NCBI GenBank assembly: GCA_902518505.1
Contig: CABYGG010000006.1
Location: 2,313-66,312 of the forward strand
DNA from: an uncultured Alphaproteobacteria bacterium
GTDB lineage: Bacteria > Pseudomonadota > Alphaproteobacteria > HIMB59
Length of the DNA stretch: 64,000 nucleotides
Direction of reading: 5' to 3'
Under the pieces are notes generated by a model. That model worked only from the letters and a program-made list of their open reading frames with translations. It ran no database searches and was not told where the DNA came from. Each line of letters begins with the position of its first letter. Position 1 is the first letter of the stretch. The position numbers and the translations under genes are program-made. This document shows positions 59,650-64,000 of the stretch, one piece after another.

Positions 59650-59668
59650 ATTAACAAAATTTGTCTAT

Positions 59669-59691
59669 TAATATGCAAATATTGCATATTA
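59669..59691. promoter_or_regulatory. 10-3-10 palindromic operator
   Basis: TAATATGCAA-ATA-TTGCATATTA; core TGCAA-N3-TTGCA overlaps a TTGCAT -35-like hexamer. Confidence 0.55.
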
Positions 59692-59735
59692 CAATGAAAT
59701 CCTATAACCTAATTAAAGGAATCATGGAGGTTTAA

Positions 59736-59819
59736 ATGGCAGATATGTTTACAGGACACTACCCCTTTATAGTTATGATTATTTGGTTCATAGCAGGTTT
59801 CATCGGATCAAAAATGTGA
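59736..59819 (+). CDS. 27-aa hydrophobic single-TM peptide
   Basis: MADMFTGHYPFIVMIIWFIAGFIGSKM*; strong TGGAGG RBS 5 nt before the ATG; hairpin immediately downstream. Confidence 0.7.
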   Translation: MADMFTGHYPFIVMIIWFIAGFIGSKM

Positions 59820-59826
59820 TTGTTAT

Positions 59827-59848
59827 GAGGGCAGTCCACGCTGCCCTC
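59827..59848 (+). terminator. GC-rich hairpin after the small peptide gene (no U-tract)
   Basis: GAGGGCAG-TCCACG-CTGCCCTC followed by TCCCTACCCT. Confidence 0.5.
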
Positions 59849-59932
59849 TCCCTACCCTAAAAGATGACATTATTACCCTTGCTGAAGCAATTGTGAGGGA
59901 ATAATGTATCTCTATTAAAATCAAGAGAGAAA

Positions 59933-61246
59933 ATGAATAAGCCAAATAATTTAGAACCGCTGTGGATGCCTTTCACTCCTAACAAAGTATTTAAGAAAGA
60001 TCCAAGAATTATAGTCGGTGCTAAAGATATGCATTTTATTAGTGACGATAATCGAGAAATTTTAGATGGCACTGCAGGGCTTTGGTGTGTAAACGCTGGT
60101 CATGGTAGAAAAAAAATTCAAGAAGCTGTAAATAAACAAATTGAAAATCTTGATTACTCTCCACCTTTTCAATTTGGACATCCAAAACAATTTGAACTAG
60201 CTAATCGTTTAGCAGAGATTTTTCCTGAAGGAATGAATCATGTTTTCTTTTCTAATTCAGGATCTGAAGCAGTAGATAGTGCATTGAAAATTGCGCTAGC
60301 TTATCAACGTGCACGCGGACACTCATCTAAAACTAGATTAATAGGTCGCGAAAGAGGTTATCATGGTGTTGGCTTTGGAGGAATAAGCGTAGGTGGTATG
60401 GTAAAAAATAGAATGTACTTCGGATCAATGCTAAATGGTGTTGACCATTTACGCCATACCCACAATTTAAAATTAAATGCTTTTTCAAAAGGTGAACCTG
60501 AACATGGAGCAGAACTTGCCGATGATTTAGAGCGTCTTGTTCAATTGCATGATGCATCAACTATTGCAGCTGTAATTGTTGAGCCAATTGCTGGATCAAC
60601 TGGTGCGCTGCCTCCGCCTAAAGGATACTTAAAAAGATTAAGAGAGCTCTGCACAAAACATGACATTTTATTAATTTTTGATGAAGTCGTAACTGCTTTT
60701 GGCCGTATGGGAAAAGCAACTGGCTCTGAGTTTTTTGGTGTAACACCAGATATTATTTCATGTGCAAAAGGCATTACAAATGCCACCATCCCTATGGGTG
60801 CAACCATAGTTCAAGACTTTATTTATGAGTCAATGATGGAAAATGCAGATGCTCCAATAGAATTATTTCATGGATATACTTACTCTGGTCATCCTGTTGC
60901 TTGCGCTGCAGCCTTAGCAACACTAGATATTTATCAAGAAGAGGGATTATTTGATAATGCTGCTCATATGGCTCCTATTATTGAAGAAGCCGCTCATAGC
61001 CTGAAGGGAACAAAACATATAATCGATATTAGAAATTTAGGAGTGATTGCTGCACTCGAATTAGAGCCTAAAGGTAACGCTGTTGGTGCAAGAGGGTTTG
61101 AAGCTATGAAAAAAGCTTGGGATCTTGGCTTAATGGTAAGAGCTAACGGAGATACGCTTGCTTTTTCTCCACCTTTAATAATTAAAGAAAATCAGGTCGA
61201 TGAAATGTTTACGAAAGTAAAAAAAGCCCTGGAACAAGTAGACTAA
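59933..61246 (+). CDS. Class III omega-amino-acid:pyruvate aminotransferase
   Basis: LWMPFT, DGTAGLWC, FDEVVTAFGR, AKGIT and HGYTYSGHP motifs. Confidence 0.92.
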   Translation: MNKPNNLEPLWMPFTPNKVFKKDPRIIVGAKDMHFISDDNREILDGTAGLWCVNAGHGRKKIQEAVNKQIENLDYSPPFQFGHPKQFELANRLAEIFPEGMNHVFFSNSGSEAVDSALKIALAYQRARGHSSKTRLIGRERGYHGVGFGGISVGGMVKNRMYFGSMLNGVDHLRHTHNLKLNAFSKGEPEHGAELADDLERLVQLHDASTIAAVIVEPIAGSTGALPPPKGYLKRLRELCTKHDILLIFDEVVTAFGRMGKATGSEFFGVTPDIISCAKGITNATIPMGATIVQDFIYESMMENADAPIELFHGYTYSGHPVACAAALATLDIYQEEGLFDNAAHMAPIIEEAAHSLKGTKHIIDIRNLGVIAALELEPKGNAVGARGFEAMKKAWDLGLMVRANGDTLAFSPPLIIKENQVDEMFTKVKKALEQVD

Positions 61247-61532
61247 AAACGTCCCCACTACAACCATACCCTGTTTCAAAAACACCGCTTGGTTGGTAAA
61301 AACCACATAACATTACCCATCTATATAAAAAGACAATTCCAGGAACTAAAATAATCGCATTAATAAGAAAAAGAGCTATAGAAATAACTACCCTCATTGG
61401 TAGCTTTGTATTCATATACTGTTTATAAAAAATACGAATTATCAAACCAGTGGTTACAGCAGATAGCAATAGAAATGGTGCATCAAGGTATGTAACTAAA
61501 AATTCATAATACATTTCTTTAAAACTTAGCAA
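61209..61532 (-). CDS. Hypothetical membrane protein
   Basis: 107-aa ORF with two TM segments filling the gap between the aminotransferase and MIP genes. Confidence 0.55.
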   Translation of the reverse strand: MLSFKEMYYEFLVTYLDAPFLLLSAVTTGLIIRIFYKQYMNTKLPMRVVISIALFLINAIILVPGIVFLYRWVMLCGFYQPSGVFETGYGCSGDVFSLLVPGLFLLS

Positions 61533-61553
61533 TGATACATTAAGACTTTAAAA

Positions 61554-62198
61554 ATGCAAAAATACATATCTGAATTTATAGGCACATTTATTTTATTAGT
61601 ATCAATTGTTGGATCTGGCATAGCAGGACAGCAATATACGAATGATCAAATGGTAATTTTATTTAGTCATGCTGTTGTAATAGGTTTCACACTAATTTTT
61701 ATAATTAGAATATTTGCAAATTTTTCTGGAGCTCATTTTAATCCTATTGTTTCAATTATATTTTTCTTACAAAAAGAATTGAGTTCTAGGGATTTATTTC
61801 TTTATATACTAATACAAATCATTGCAGCTGTACTAGGCACACTTTTTGCTAATTATATTTTTGGATTAAATGTAATTGAGATTTCTTCAAATATAAGAAG
61901 TGGGGCAAATATATATATTTCCGAATTTTTTGCTGCAACTGGATTATTATTGGTCATACTTTTATCTAGAGCAGATGGTAAAAATGTAGTTTCATTTAAT
62001 GTTGGTATTTATATTACAGCAGCTCTTATATTTACATCATCTACAAGTTTTGCAAATCCGGCTGTAACAATTGCTAGAATGTTTACTGAGTCATTTACGG
62101 GTATCAATCCCTCCACTGTAATATTTTTTATTAGTTGTCAAGTTATTGGAATGTTTGCTGCCTACATTTTGTATAACCAGTTCTTTAAAAGCAAATAA
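61554..62198 (+). CDS. MIP/aquaporin family channel (AqpS-like subtype)
   Basis: SEFIGT, SGAHFNPIVS and TSSTSFANPAVTIAR motifs. Confidence 0.88.
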   Translation: MQKYISEFIGTFILLVSIVGSGIAGQQYTNDQMVILFSHAVVIGFTLIFIIRIFANFSGAHFNPIVSIIFFLQKELSSRDLFLYILIQIIAAVLGTLFANYIFGLNVIEISSNIRSGANIYISEFFAATGLLLVILLSRADGKNVVSFNVGIYITAALIFTSSTSFANPAVTIARMFTESFTGINPSTVIFFISCQVIGMFAAYILYNQFFKSK

Positions 62199-62292
62199 TT
62201 TCAAGGATTTTTGTAAATTATTAACAGAGACAATTCGTATTGTTGACTTACTTACAGGTTAAATTTTAATGACTTCAATATTAATTAAGTAG

Positions 62293-64000
<1,708 letters not shown>

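Noticed and set aside
59547-59735. Possible oriC
   Set aside because: Only one perfect DnaA box, a short spacer, and none of the usual origin-flanking genes (hemE, parAB, gidA, dnaA). Kept only as a possible regulatory site.

Overview
AT-rich, gene-dense chromosomal segment that looks like a streamlined marine alphaproteobacterium (SAR11/HIMB59-like; inferred from the DmdA, GroEL, AmtB and ABC-transporter sequences and the very short intergenic spacers). Layout: (1) 1-13.9 kb, the end of a surface-glycan island: ABC flippase, NeuA/NeuB, formyltransferase, CBS-GHMP kinase, DegT aminotransferase, GmhA, WecA, O-antigen ligase. (2) groES-groEL with a perfect CIRCE element. (3) An oxidoreductase-SelD fusion next to VTT, CcdA and a CDP-alcohol transferase, followed by an orphan Wzz. 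(4) Housekeeping genes. (5) A 10-kb co-oriented organosulfur/quaternary-amine cluster: cysE, betaine-type ABC transporter, YeiH, dmdA, MFS, Rid, BBOX/TmpA-like dioxygenase, HD diiron protein, GPx. (6) A very AT-rich glycosylation islet. (7) glnK-amtB, a long mixed operon (cinA, Pif1-like helicase, alaX, photolyase, betA), an omega-aminotransferase, a MIP channel and a partial katG. No tRNA, rRNA, CRISPR array or transposase was seen. The strongest leads are the translationally coupled Fe/2OG dioxygenase + HD-oxygenase pair downstream of dmdA, an unannotated 27-aa basic peptide resembling ribosomal protein bS22, a candidate anti-Shine-Dalgarno hairpin sRNA and a 27-aa membrane peptide that share a TGCAA-N3-TTGCA operator, and a heptose-pathway + NeuAB glycan cluster that may make an unusual ulosonic acid. 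All homology calls come from motif recognition by eye, not from database searches.
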